IMG/VR virus record: IMGVR_UViG_3300032299_000385
Coordinates: 1 to 27,473 of that record
DNA from: a virus
Taxonomy: Duplodnaviria > Caudoviricetes
Reading direction: 5' to 3' (one strand)
DNA: 27,473 bases
The translations under genes were made by a program, and so were the position numbers. The first letter of the stretch is position 1. The number at the start of each line of letters is the position of its first letter. This document shows positions 16,459 to 25,050 of this stretch, one piece after another. The notes beneath the pieces were generated by a model, which saw only the letters and a program-made list of their open reading frames with translations, did not search any database and was not told the DNA's origin.

Positions 16459-16693
16459 CGCACTGATCTACGATCCGCGGTATCACACCTTTGAGTCGTG
16501 GGGTTGTCTGATGGTCGAGCAGTACGCTGCCCAACAACTATCTATCCCTACGGCAGACACCGATTGGACCCAGTGGGCTCGAGGCTTGCTGGCGATTGAC
16601 ATTTTCACCAACGAAGCTGCCCCGGCCCCAGAAGGGTTCACTAACTGGCAGGACTGGGCATCTGCCCTGCTCGGCGCATTCAATTCGGATTGA
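16442..16693 (+). CDS. Small Trp-rich phage protein
   Basis: 83 aa; fills the gap between the nozzle gene and the giant gene; DWTQWA / NWQDWA repeat. Confidence 0.7.
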   Translation: MSVVTNALIYDPRYHTFESWGCLMVEQYAAQQLSIPTADTDWTQWARGLLAIDIFTNEAAPAPEGFTNWQDWASALLGAFNSD

Positions 16694-16696
16694 ACG

Positions 16697-19600
16697 ATGG
16701 CAGCCAAAACACCTGAACAGCTTATTAACGAAGCGGTAACAAATACCACTTCAATAGAGGGTTTGTTGGCTGCATTGGAGGCGTCTGATGCCTACCTTGC
16801 GCCATATAGAGCTGAGCAAAATACAGCACTACAAAAATTAGAAGCTTTTCGCAGTCCGTATGCTCGTATTGAATATGGAGACGACACGTCCACCACATAT
16901 TATGACATTCCCGAAAAGTTATTAAATCAATATTGGGATTTAGAAGAAAAATACTATAGCGCGGATGGAGCTCTTCAAAGCGCAGCATCACAACTTGATT
17001 ATGTTTACTACAACATTGAGCGTGTTGAAAGCAAAGAGTATTCTGACCTTCAGCAATTTCATGCAGAGGAAATAGCTACTCTAAAATATGAGGCGAAGAA
17101 GGCCGGCCTTTCAGATGCTCAAATAAATAAAATTGTTAACCTTGAAACTCAAGCCAACAGATATGAATTAGAAGATATTTTTGAAAAAAGGAATGCGGAT
17201 AGTGATGAGGAGGGCAGCCGACAGCCTACACGCGGCTATCAAGGAATCCCAAAGTTTACCGTTGAGTTAAATGACGAAGAAAAGAACGCAGCGTTTAAAA
17301 ACTTGTTGCAGGTTCCTCAAGTTGCCGCTTCGTTCCAAGGGTTCACTTTAACCGACGACCAAAAAGCCTCGATGTTGAGGGCCTCGTATGAGGCCGGTGT
17401 TGCTGCTGGGGATGTTGAGCCGCTGACTAAGCCATTCAATGTTGTGTCGTCTGGCTTTGCGTCTTACAAGGAAAATCTGCCTGAACTAGAGCGCCAGCTT
17501 GCAGCGGCAAGCGGCCCGGGAGCCGCGCCAGAGCGCGCCAAGATTCAGGCTCGGATAGACAACGCTCGGGCATTCTCGTCTCTTAGTCAGGAAGAGCAAG
17601 ATGTTCTTTCTGCGTCAAAGGATCGGATTGCCAAAGGCGTAACTACGGCATCTGAGCTGGGTGTTCCGCTGCTCTCACAGATGCAAGGCAAAACCCGCAT
17701 CTACGGTGGCGGAATATTCAATTCGTCATTGATGGCCGATGCGTTTGATGAAAACACAAAGACGTATGTTTCTAATGAAGATATTCGAGCGAACATCAAT
17801 AGCTCCAATGAAATTCTTAATCAATTCAATACTGCCTATCAAGCAAAGACTAACCCAGACAGTTTATTTGAAGGCTCAAAACTAGTATCAAGCTCGCCAG
17901 AAGGCGATTACTACCAAAAAAGAGCAAAGGGCTACAAAAAGGGCGGCTTAGAGGTCACATTTTTTGTGCCCAAGACCGGAGAAAATGCGGGCAAGCCGCA
18001 GTATTTGAGTTCTTATTCTCACTTCACCCCTACTGGTGGTGGTGGCATCGGCGGGTTCATCAAGGGCATTTTTGACAATCCTTTGGCGCTGATTCTTGCG
18101 GTTGCCGCGCCTTGGGCGGCGCCATCCATAGGCACGGCTTTAGGTTTTGCTCAGGGTAGTCTTGCTGCGTCAGTTGCTGGTGGTGCTGTCTTCGGTGGTC
18201 TCGCTGCTGCCGCCACGGGCGGTGACGTACTTACAGGGATTATTGGTGGCGCTGCTGGCCCGTTTGCGCAAGCCAAGCTGGGCAACTTCATATCTAGTCT
18301 TGATGACTATCTGCCGGTGCCAATGAATGAGTCGGCAGCAAGGGCGCTGACAATAGTTGGCGCTAACACGCTGCAGGGTCTTATTGCTACTGGTGAGTTT
18401 GATACTGCAATCAAGCAAGGTGGTATAGCCGCTGTGGCCGACTATGTCGGTCAAAAGGTTTACAACAACCTGAAGGGCACTTTGCCAGATGATGTGGCGC
18501 GAACTAGTGCCAACATCGCGGCTAGTTCTGCGCGTGCTCAACTGAATGGACAAGATCCGCTCACGGCGGCGCTCGATGGCATCGTAGATAGCGGCATTGA
18601 CTATGCATCTGATTATGGCCGCAGCATCTTCAAAGACCTTGGCAAGAATGTCGTTGAGGCAACGGGTATCTCCGAAGAGGATTTGACGGACCCTGCAAAG
18701 CAGCGCATAGCCGCTGCTGGTAACAAGGCGGCGCAGAAGGCATACGATGCTCTCAGGGAAGGCAAGAACCCGGCCGAAGCATTTGTATCTTCGCTAGCTC
18801 AAGATGGCTTCGATTACATTAGTGGTCAAATCGTCAATCGGACAACCGGTGACACCCAAGTTGGGACTGTAGATACTACCAAGCCGATTGAATACTTTGA
18901 GACCGGCGTACCGGGCATCATCGGTAAGACGACTTATTTCGGTGATGGCGGTGGCAAAACAACGTACTTTGGCGCTCCACAAATTTTTACTGCGCCGGAC
19001 ACTGGCAAGACGTTTATTGTCGACAACGGTCAATTTATTGATGTGGACACCATTCGTCCGCGCAGGCCGGATTTGGATGCCTATATTCCCGCGGTCACAG
19101 AAAGTGATTTGGGTGAAGATGTTGTCAGAATAATTGGCCGTCGCCCGACTTTGTCTGAGAAGTGGGATCCAGACTGGCTGTTGGTTGAGTACGCCCAAGA
19201 TGCTGGCTTTAGTCCAAGAGAGCTATTTGAGAATGGAGAGCCGACGACCGCGTGGAATGCAACCAAGGCGCTGGCCGCTGATGCTGCCGCTCAGTTGTCC
19301 GGGGCATTCTTTGGTTTGGGTCGTTCGTTAGGATTGGTCAATCCCAGCGGTAAGTTGGCAGAAAACGTAGACGCTATAGAACGATGGGCTGCGACGATGA
19401 AGCCTTGGGAAGTCACGCGAGATGAGCGTGAGTTCTGGGAGGGTTACAAGAACGTCAAGGGTATTGGCAATACTGTTGAATATGTTCTTCGGTCTGGCAT
19501 AGATCGTCCGTTGATGACCGGCTTCAACATCGGCAGTGAGATTGTGCAAGAACTTCCTATGTTGGCAACGGGGGTGGGTGTGGCTGCATTCGCAGGCCGC

Positions 19601-22372
19601 ATGTTGTCCATGGCCCCCAGAATCGCTGCCAAGTTAGGTATCGGAGTTGATCTTGTTCTGAATGCAGCAGAGTCCGCTGGTGCGGCTTATCAGGACGCCT
19701 ATAAAGACGCTTACACGCAAAGCAAGGCCGCTGGCATGAGTGATGCGCAAGCCGCCGCTGATGCTCATGAGAAGGGTCAGAAGGTTGCGATGGCTGCGGC
19801 TGGCGTCACATCAGCGGTGGCGCTTGTTCCCGGGGGCAATCTGCTATCTGAGCAGATTATTAAGAGAACTGCCGGTGGTGAAGCTGTACAGCAGGGCTTT
19901 AAGACTGCCATGTCTAACAATCTTAATGCTGCCAAGACTATTGGGAAGACAACCGTTAGTGAGACGCTGGGAGAGGCGGCCGAAGAGGGTGCAATCAACG
20001 GGCTGCAGCAGGCAATTGTTAGGGATGGGCCGCTTGATTGGCGTGAGATAGGTACTAATGCCGCTTTCGGCGCGTTGTATGGTGGTGGTACCGCCGGAGC
20101 AATCAGTGCTGCCGACGTGAGTCTTGATCAAATTAACTCTGCACTCAGGTCTAGCGGTGTGTCACAAGACGTTTTGAATCAGACTGCTTCTGACGTAAGG
20201 CGGGCGGTTGCAAGCGGTGCAGGAACCAGAGATGTTCAGAGGCAAGCCGCTGAGACGCTAGAGGGGTTGGGCTTTACTCCAGAAATTTCCACAGCACTGG
20301 CTCAACGCTATACCAATGCATCTGTCGAGCAGCAGGTAGACGCCGCAACTCAAGGAGTCTCAATCCCCGCTGACGTCCGCAGCAACATTGTGACGACCCT
20401 ATCTTCTGGCACGACGCCCTCGACAGATGTCTCTCAGCAGCCAAAACTGTTTGGCCGGTCGATTTACGATACGCTGACTAGGGCTGGGGTGTCTGCGCAA
20501 GATGCAGCGGCCACAACCGGTCGAATTGTGCCTAATTGGACCCCAGATGGAGTGGCAAGTGGTGTTGTCGTTCCATCTCCCGTGCCACCACCCAGTCTAA
20601 GCGGCATGACGATTGACCGCGCAAACGAAATGGCTGGTAGCAATACCGCTTTTGGTCCGCGCACTGTCGTCGACGCTGCTAGGGCTATGGGTATCCAGAA
20701 TCCAGAGATGCTGTCGTATCAGCAGTTGGCCAATGCCACTGGCATCCGTATCAACGACCCCAATTCATCGCGCACAATTACCCCGATCGGGGAGGGGCGT
20801 ACTGGTACCGCTGGATTAACGGTAGAGCAGTTATATGAGCAAATTCTTGGCAGATCCGCTGATCCTGAAGGTCTTGCCCACTGGAGAGCAACATTCGGGT
20901 CAACCATTGAGCCCGGTGAAGTTGAGACATTCCGCACTGCTGCACAGCCTGAATTGGCAGTGCGGGCTACCGCCCCTTCACCGGCCACGGTGTCAACCCC
21001 GCCCCCTCCTCCGCCCCCTCCACCCCCTCCTCCGCCCCCTCCGCCTACGGACATCACTCCTTCGCCGGTAGATGTAACGTCTCCGCCGCCTCCGGCAGCG
21101 CCTACGCCCGCGGATTCGCAGAGCAATCTCACTCCGGGAGATATTGCTTATCGTCAGCAGATTTTGGATCTGTATCAGCAGAATCTTGGCCGTGTTCCAT
21201 CAGAACAAGAGATGGCGTTGGTGGCCAACACATTCGGCTCAGTAATTGATCAGAACGAGCAGCAGCAATTCAGGGACGCGGCAGCGATTGAGATTGCTCA
21301 AAGGAATGCAAATCAGTCGGCTGATACGACTCCCGGCACTAATACCGGCACTCCAAGTCCGTCAATTACTCCGACTCCGTCGATTACGCCATCCCCGACG
21401 GACATCACGCCAACACCGTCTATAACGCCAACGCCCTCAATTACTCCGACGCCTTCAATCACCCCAACGCCGTCAATTACCCCGAGTCCATCTATAACGC
21501 CTCCGCCTCCGCCTCCGGATGATTCGGTGTTGCGTGCGCTTGTTGAACAGAACCGGATTCTGCAAGAGCAAACCGCAATTGCCGTTGGTAGAGAAGAGGC
21601 GCGTCGCAAGGCAGAAGAAGAGGCACAGCAGAAGGCTGCATCACAGCAGATGATTCAACGGGGCCAACAGCTTCTGGCTATTCCGTCATCGCCTGTAATT
21701 CCGAAGCCGCCGTTTGAGATTTCTCCCTTGATTACCGGTGGGCAGGCAAGGTTTGAGAGTCCGCTGTCACCATTCTTTGAAGAGGTTGCATCGGCACCAC
21801 AGGCAGCCCAACAAATCCAACCATCACCTACCGATCAAACTCGCTTGCAGGGGGCAGCCGTGCCTAACTACTTCTCTTATGGCCAAGAGGGCAACATTGA
21901 AGATGCCCTGAATCCGCAGTCGTTTGATCTGCAGTTTGCTAATGCCAACCAAAATATGTTTGGTCCAATCTTTGACCAATCGATGTTTGGCATGGAGGAA
22001 CAGGGCATGTTCAAACAGGGCGGCATAGTGCCTGCCTACGCTCAAGGCGGCACGAGGCACGGCCAGAATGCCCATGGGGCCCTGAATGTTGTCCACGCTG
22101 CCGGCAAGCCCCGGATTGACTATCGTCGAGGTGATGCAGTCACTGGTATGGGTGATGGGCAGTCTGATGACATTCCAGCCATGCTCGCGGACGGAGAGTT
22201 TGTGATCCCGGCTGATGTTGTGTCGGCTCTCGGGAATGGCTCAACCAAGGCCGGTTCCGATAAACTGTACGAAATGATGCACGAAATCCGAAAGCGTGCT
22301 AGGTCTACCAAGGTCAAGGATTTGCCGCCACCGGCCAAGTCTCCGCTGCAGTACCTGAAAGGCAGGAGGTAG
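16697..22372 (+). CDS. Giant putative internal virion / DNA-ejection protein
   Basis: 1891 aa, Ala/Gly-rich and helical; hydrophobic segments, two DUF4214-like repeats, Pro-rich linkers; C-terminal GDGQSDDIPAMLADGEFVIPADVV motif. Confidence 0.8.
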   Translation: MAAKTPEQLINEAVTNTTSIEGLLAALEASDAYLAPYRAEQNTALQKLEAFRSPYARIEYGDDTSTTYYDIPEKLLNQYWDLEEKYYSADGALQSAASQLDYVYYNIERVESKEYSDLQQFHAEEIATLKYEAKKAGLSDAQINKIVNLETQANRYELEDIFEKRNADSDEEGSRQPTRGYQGIPKFTVELNDEEKNAAFKNLLQVPQVAASFQGFTLTDDQKASMLRASYEAGVAAGDVEPLTKPFNVVSSGFASYKENLPELERQLAAASGPGAAPERAKIQARIDNARAFSSLSQEEQDVLSASKDRIAKGVTTASELGVPLLSQMQGKTRIYGGGIFNSSLMADAFDENTKTYVSNEDIRANINSSNEILNQFNTAYQAKTNPDSLFEGSKLVSSSPEGDYYQKRAKGYKKGGLEVTFFVPKTGENAGKPQYLSSYSHFTPTGGGGIGGFIKGIFDNPLALILAVAAPWAAPSIGTALGFAQGSLAASVAGGAVFGGLAAAATGGDVLTGIIGGAAGPFAQAKLGNFISSLDDYLPVPMNESAARALTIVGANTLQGLIATGEFDTAIKQGGIAAVADYVGQKVYNNLKGTLPDDVARTSANIAASSARAQLNGQDPLTAALDGIVDSGIDYASDYGRSIFKDLGKNVVEATGISEEDLTDPAKQRIAAAGNKAAQKAYDALREGKNPAEAFVSSLAQDGFDYISGQIVNRTTGDTQVGTVDTTKPIEYFETGVPGIIGKTTYFGDGGGKTTYFGAPQIFTAPDTGKTFIVDNGQFIDVDTIRPRRPDLDAYIPAVTESDLGEDVVRIIGRRPTLSEKWDPDWLLVEYAQDAGFSPRELFENGEPTTAWNATKALAADAAAQLSGAFFGLGRSLGLVNPSGKLAENVDAIERWAATMKPWEVTRDEREFWEGYKNVKGIGNTVEYVLRSGIDRPLMTGFNIGSEIVQELPMLATGVGVAAFAGRMLSMAPRIAAKLGIGVDLVLNAAESAGAAYQDAYKDAYTQSKAAGMSDAQAAADAHEKGQKVAMAAAGVTSAVALVPGGNLLSEQIIKRTAGGEAVQQGFKTAMSNNLNAAKTIGKTTVSETLGEAAEEGAINGLQQAIVRDGPLDWREIGTNAAFGALYGGGTAGAISAADVSLDQINSALRSSGVSQDVLNQTASDVRRAVASGAGTRDVQRQAAETLEGLGFTPEISTALAQRYTNASVEQQVDAATQGVSIPADVRSNIVTTLSSGTTPSTDVSQQPKLFGRSIYDTLTRAGVSAQDAAATTGRIVPNWTPDGVASGVVVPSPVPPPSLSGMTIDRANEMAGSNTAFGPRTVVDAARAMGIQNPEMLSYQQLANATGIRINDPNSSRTITPIGEGRTGTAGLTVEQLYEQILGRSADPEGLAHWRATFGSTIEPGEVETFRTAAQPELAVRATAPSPATVSTPPPPPPPPPPPPPPPPTDITPSPVDVTSPPPPAAPTPADSQSNLTPGDIAYRQQILDLYQQNLGRVPSEQEMALVANTFGSVIDQNEQQQFRDAAAIEIAQRNANQSADTTPGTNTGTPSPSITPTPSITPSPTDITPTPSITPTPSITPTPSITPTPSITPSPSITPPPPPPDDSVLRALVEQNRILQEQTAIAVGREEARRKAEEEAQQKAASQQMIQRGQQLLAIPSSPVIPKPPFEISPLITGGQARFESPLSPFFEEVASAPQAAQQIQPSPTDQTRLQGAAVPNYFSYGQEGNIEDALNPQSFDLQFANANQNMFGPIFDQSMFGMEEQGMFKQGGIVPAYAQGGTRHGQNAHGALNVVHAAGKPRIDYRRGDAVTGMGDGQSDDIPAMLADGEFVIPADVVSALGNGSTKAGSDKLYEMMHEIRKRARSTKVKDLPPPAKSPLQYLKGRR
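20999..21046 (+). repeat. Run of 16 consecutive Pro codons
   Basis: ccg ccc cct cct ccg ccc cct cca ccc cct cct ccg ccc cct ccg cct, which contains a near-perfect 21-nt duplication. Confidence 0.95.
21350..21517 (+). repeat. Degenerate 18-nt-period coding repeat (TP[T/S]PSI)n, about 8 units, ending in a poly-Pro tract
   Basis: Protein TPSPSITPTPSITPSPTDITPTPSITPTPSITPTPSITPTPSITPSPSITPPPPPP; codons differ between units. Confidence 0.9.
22364..22370 (+). promoter_or_regulatory. Shine-Dalgarno sequence of the 22375 gene
   Basis: AGGAGGT, 4 nt before ATG 22375 and overlapping the end of the giant gene. Confidence 0.7.
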
Positions 22373-22374
22373 TC

Positions 22375-23376
22375 ATGAGTTTCTTCCAAGGAAGTCCGCT
22401 CCCGAATATTACCGAAACCACTACAAAGGATCTTCGGGCGCCGGACTACTACACCAACTACCTCACCGGCCTGTCACAAGCTGGTCAGACTGCGCTAGGT
22501 AAGACTGCTGCTGAAGGTATCGCTGGCTACGATCCTTTCCAGACTACTGGCTATGGCCAGATGGAGACTGCTGCCGGTGCTTATCAGCCGGGGTTGACTG
22601 CTGCTGGACAGACTGCTGCGAAGTCCGCTCAGGGCATCGATACGTCGCGCATCAGTGCGCTGATGGATCCATATACGCAGAACGTCGTCGACGAGATGGC
22701 GCGTCTGCAACAACAGAACATTCAGCGCAATCTTCTCCCGACCATGAAGGGCGCCTTTGTGGGATCTGGTGGTCTAGGTAGCCAACGCTATGCCGGAGCC
22801 CTTGGGCAGTCTCTAGCAGACGCACAAGCTAGTCTTACTGGCCAACAGTACGGTGCCCTGTCTGCTGGCTATCAGAACGCTCTGAAGGCCGCTCTAGACG
22901 AAGCTCAACTGCAGAATCTTGCGGCTAAGACTCAGGCTGATATTGCTGGGCAAGAGCAGATCCTAGGCTTGCGTGGTGCTGGTGCTCTGACTCAAGCCGG
23001 TGCTGAACGTCAGAAGTTTGAGCAGGCCAAGCTTGATTACCCGCTGTCGACGGCAACCAATGTATCGGGGCTTTTGCGCAACTTCCAAGTGCCCATCTCT
23101 GGCACTGAGACAAAGGTTGGTCCGGGTCAACAGGGCCAGTATGGTCTGTCGCCGTTCCAGACCACTAGCGGCATCTTGTCGTTGGTTGGTGGTGCCGCAG
23201 GTCCTGCCGGGGCAAATGCTGGTCTTCAAACAATTGTGGACAAGGCTGGTGAATTCTTGGGTGGCTTGTTTCGCCCGGGCACTTCGTCATCTGGATCTAG
23301 CGCTCCGACCTTTACCTTCACGGAGCCAACGATAACTACCTCCACAACAGGTGGTAAAACGTACTTCTTCGGATAA
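22375..23376 (+). CDS. Putative ejection/pilot protein (Q/A/G-rich)
   Basis: 333 aa; MDPYTQNVVD, GAFVGSGGLGSQR, AGAERQKFEQAKLD; helical low-complexity composition typical of internal virion proteins. Confidence 0.7.
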   Translation: MSFFQGSPLPNITETTTKDLRAPDYYTNYLTGLSQAGQTALGKTAAEGIAGYDPFQTTGYGQMETAAGAYQPGLTAAGQTAAKSAQGIDTSRISALMDPYTQNVVDEMARLQQQNIQRNLLPTMKGAFVGSGGLGSQRYAGALGQSLADAQASLTGQQYGALSAGYQNALKAALDEAQLQNLAAKTQADIAGQEQILGLRGAGALTQAGAERQKFEQAKLDYPLSTATNVSGLLRNFQVPISGTETKVGPGQQGQYGLSPFQTTSGILSLVGGAAGPAGANAGLQTIVDKAGEFLGGLFRPGTSSSGSSAPTFTFTEPTITTSTTGGKTYFFG

Positions 23377-23382
23377 GACATC

Positions 23383-25050
23383 ATGGCTGACAAAACTGCA
23401 CCGCTGTCCTATCTCCCGGAGATCAGTGAAGAGGCCATCGAGGCCAATCGCTCATACCAAGAGGCGCTTCAGCGCCTTACGTCGTCTTTGGACCAGCGCA
23501 AAAACAGGTTCATGGACCCGCGTTGGGCAGCGGCTGCGGAGGCATTCCTAACGCCTACTAGAACCGGCGGGGCCGGTGAGGCTCTTGGCAACGTAGCTAA
23601 AGCCGTTCGTCAGGCCGAAGAGGGGATGTTCAAGGAAGAACAGGACATCGCTAAGCTTATGACCGATGTCGCTGGCCAGCGTCTGGGCATGGAGCGTCAG
23701 CGCCAACTGTACAGGATGTATGAAGAGGGCGAGCCGCAAACTGCTGGTGCCCCTGCTGGAGGCGCTTTATCCATTGCGGCGCCTGCCAGTGGGGCGGTAG
23801 CTGCCGCTGGACAAGACACGGGCCTTCCGTTCATGCCGCCATTGGGCGCGATGTCTGAGAAGCAATTTGGGCGTGCCATGTTACTTGAGAATCCAAATGT
23901 TAGCCCCGCAGACATTGCCAAGGCTTATGCGGATTACCGCACCAAGTTCCTTCAGAAGGCAGAGGGATATACGCTTGATGCGGCTACTGGGCTGTTGCGT
24001 CGCATCCCGACCGGAAAGCTTGTCGATGCCCGCATTCCGGGTCCCGGTAGGAATCAGGTATACCCGGATATTGAGGAAAGTGATGCCATTACGTTCCAGA
24101 CGCGGCCTGAATCAGATCCTGAAGTTCAACGGGCCCTGAAGAAGTATTTCCCTGACTATGTCGCCCCCGGCGCAGAGAAGGCGCCCTCAATCGAACCTAC
24201 CCGAGTTACCGGCGCAGAGGTTCCGAAAGTGTCGACCGGCGTGACGCCGACCCCCGGGGCTCCCCGAGGCATGGAGACAAAATCTGAGAGAGAGGCCCGC
24301 CTTAAGAAGGAAGAGGAAGATCGAGCCATTCGTCTTGAGAGGGCCAAGGCTGAAGCGGGAGATGTTGGTAAAGCGGAGGCTGCCCGTAAAACCGCAATAG
24401 TAGATTCTGCAATTGCAGCGGGAGAAATTTTACGTCCTGCTCAAGTGCTTGGAAAAATTATTGAAGATCCTGCGGCTGGAGAATTTTTAGGCATCTTTGC
24501 CAAGGGCGATGTGTTTTCATCCTTGATGGGTTTGGTTGAGTCTGGGATTGGTATGGGTGGTGGATATAGCATTGGCATACCAGAAATACGGAAGGCCTTG
24601 ACAACCGCTGGATTGACTCAAGAGCAAATTGCTAAGTATCAAACGGCATTGCAAATTTTGACGCAATTCCAGTTGCAGATGTCCAAGTATGCCAAGGGTT
24701 CAATATCGAACTTTGAGCAACAGTTGTTCAAAGCATCAACTCTTAATATTGACGATCGCCCAGAGACGCTCCGCCTGAAGTTGAACTTGGCTAAGCTTGG
24801 CGCTCAATTCCAAAGAGACCAAGCCGCACTCTTCAAATCAATGAAGAAGCCAGATACGGAAGACTTTTTCTTGAGCCCGCAATACAGCAAGTTGGAAGAG
24901 CGGTACTTTGGCCTGATGGATCAAGTGATGGCTGGCAAGGGTATACAGTTGCCTAGCAGTGTGGAATCAAGACGTGCCCCGGGCGCTGGAGGCGGTGTTA
25001 ACAAAAAGAGCCCGTCGAAGCGACTTGACGATTTTCTTGGAGAAAAGTGA
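23383..25050 (+). CDS. Putative internal virion / ejection protein
   Basis: 555 aa helical protein between the pilot-like gene and the SLT gene; KGSISNFEQQLF motif. Confidence 0.65.
   Translation: MADKTAPLSYLPEISEEAIEANRSYQEALQRLTSSLDQRKNRFMDPRWAAAAEAFLTPTRTGGAGEALGNVAKAVRQAEEGMFKEEQDIAKLMTDVAGQRLGMERQRQLYRMYEEGEPQTAGAPAGGALSIAAPASGAVAAAGQDTGLPFMPPLGAMSEKQFGRAMLLENPNVSPADIAKAYADYRTKFLQKAEGYTLDAATGLLRRIPTGKLVDARIPGPGRNQVYPDIEESDAITFQTRPESDPEVQRALKKYFPDYVAPGAEKAPSIEPTRVTGAEVPKVSTGVTPTPGAPRGMETKSEREARLKKEEEDRAIRLERAKAEAGDVGKAEAARKTAIVDSAIAAGEILRPAQVLGKIIEDPAAGEFLGIFAKGDVFSSLMGLVESGIGMGGGYSIGIPEIRKALTTAGLTQEQIAKYQTALQILTQFQLQMSKYAKGSISNFEQQLFKASTLNIDDRPETLRLKLNLAKLGAQFQRDQAALFKSMKKPDTEDFFLSPQYSKLEERYFGLMDQVMAGKGIQLPSSVESRRAPGAGGGVNKKSPSKRLDDFLGEK

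Noticed and set aside
18923-18973. Walker A (GKT) ATPase motif in the giant protein
   Set aside because: A GxxxGKT-like string is present, but there is no preceding beta-strand context or Walker B; it is part of a short local duplication.
21350-21517. CRISPR array or non-coding tandem repeat
   Set aside because: In-frame, codon-degenerate repeats with no repeat-spacer structure.
20719-21609. Minus-strand poly-Gly and (GVIDGV)n ORFs
   Set aside because: Reverse-complement by-products of the Pro/Thr repeats, which lack stop codons.
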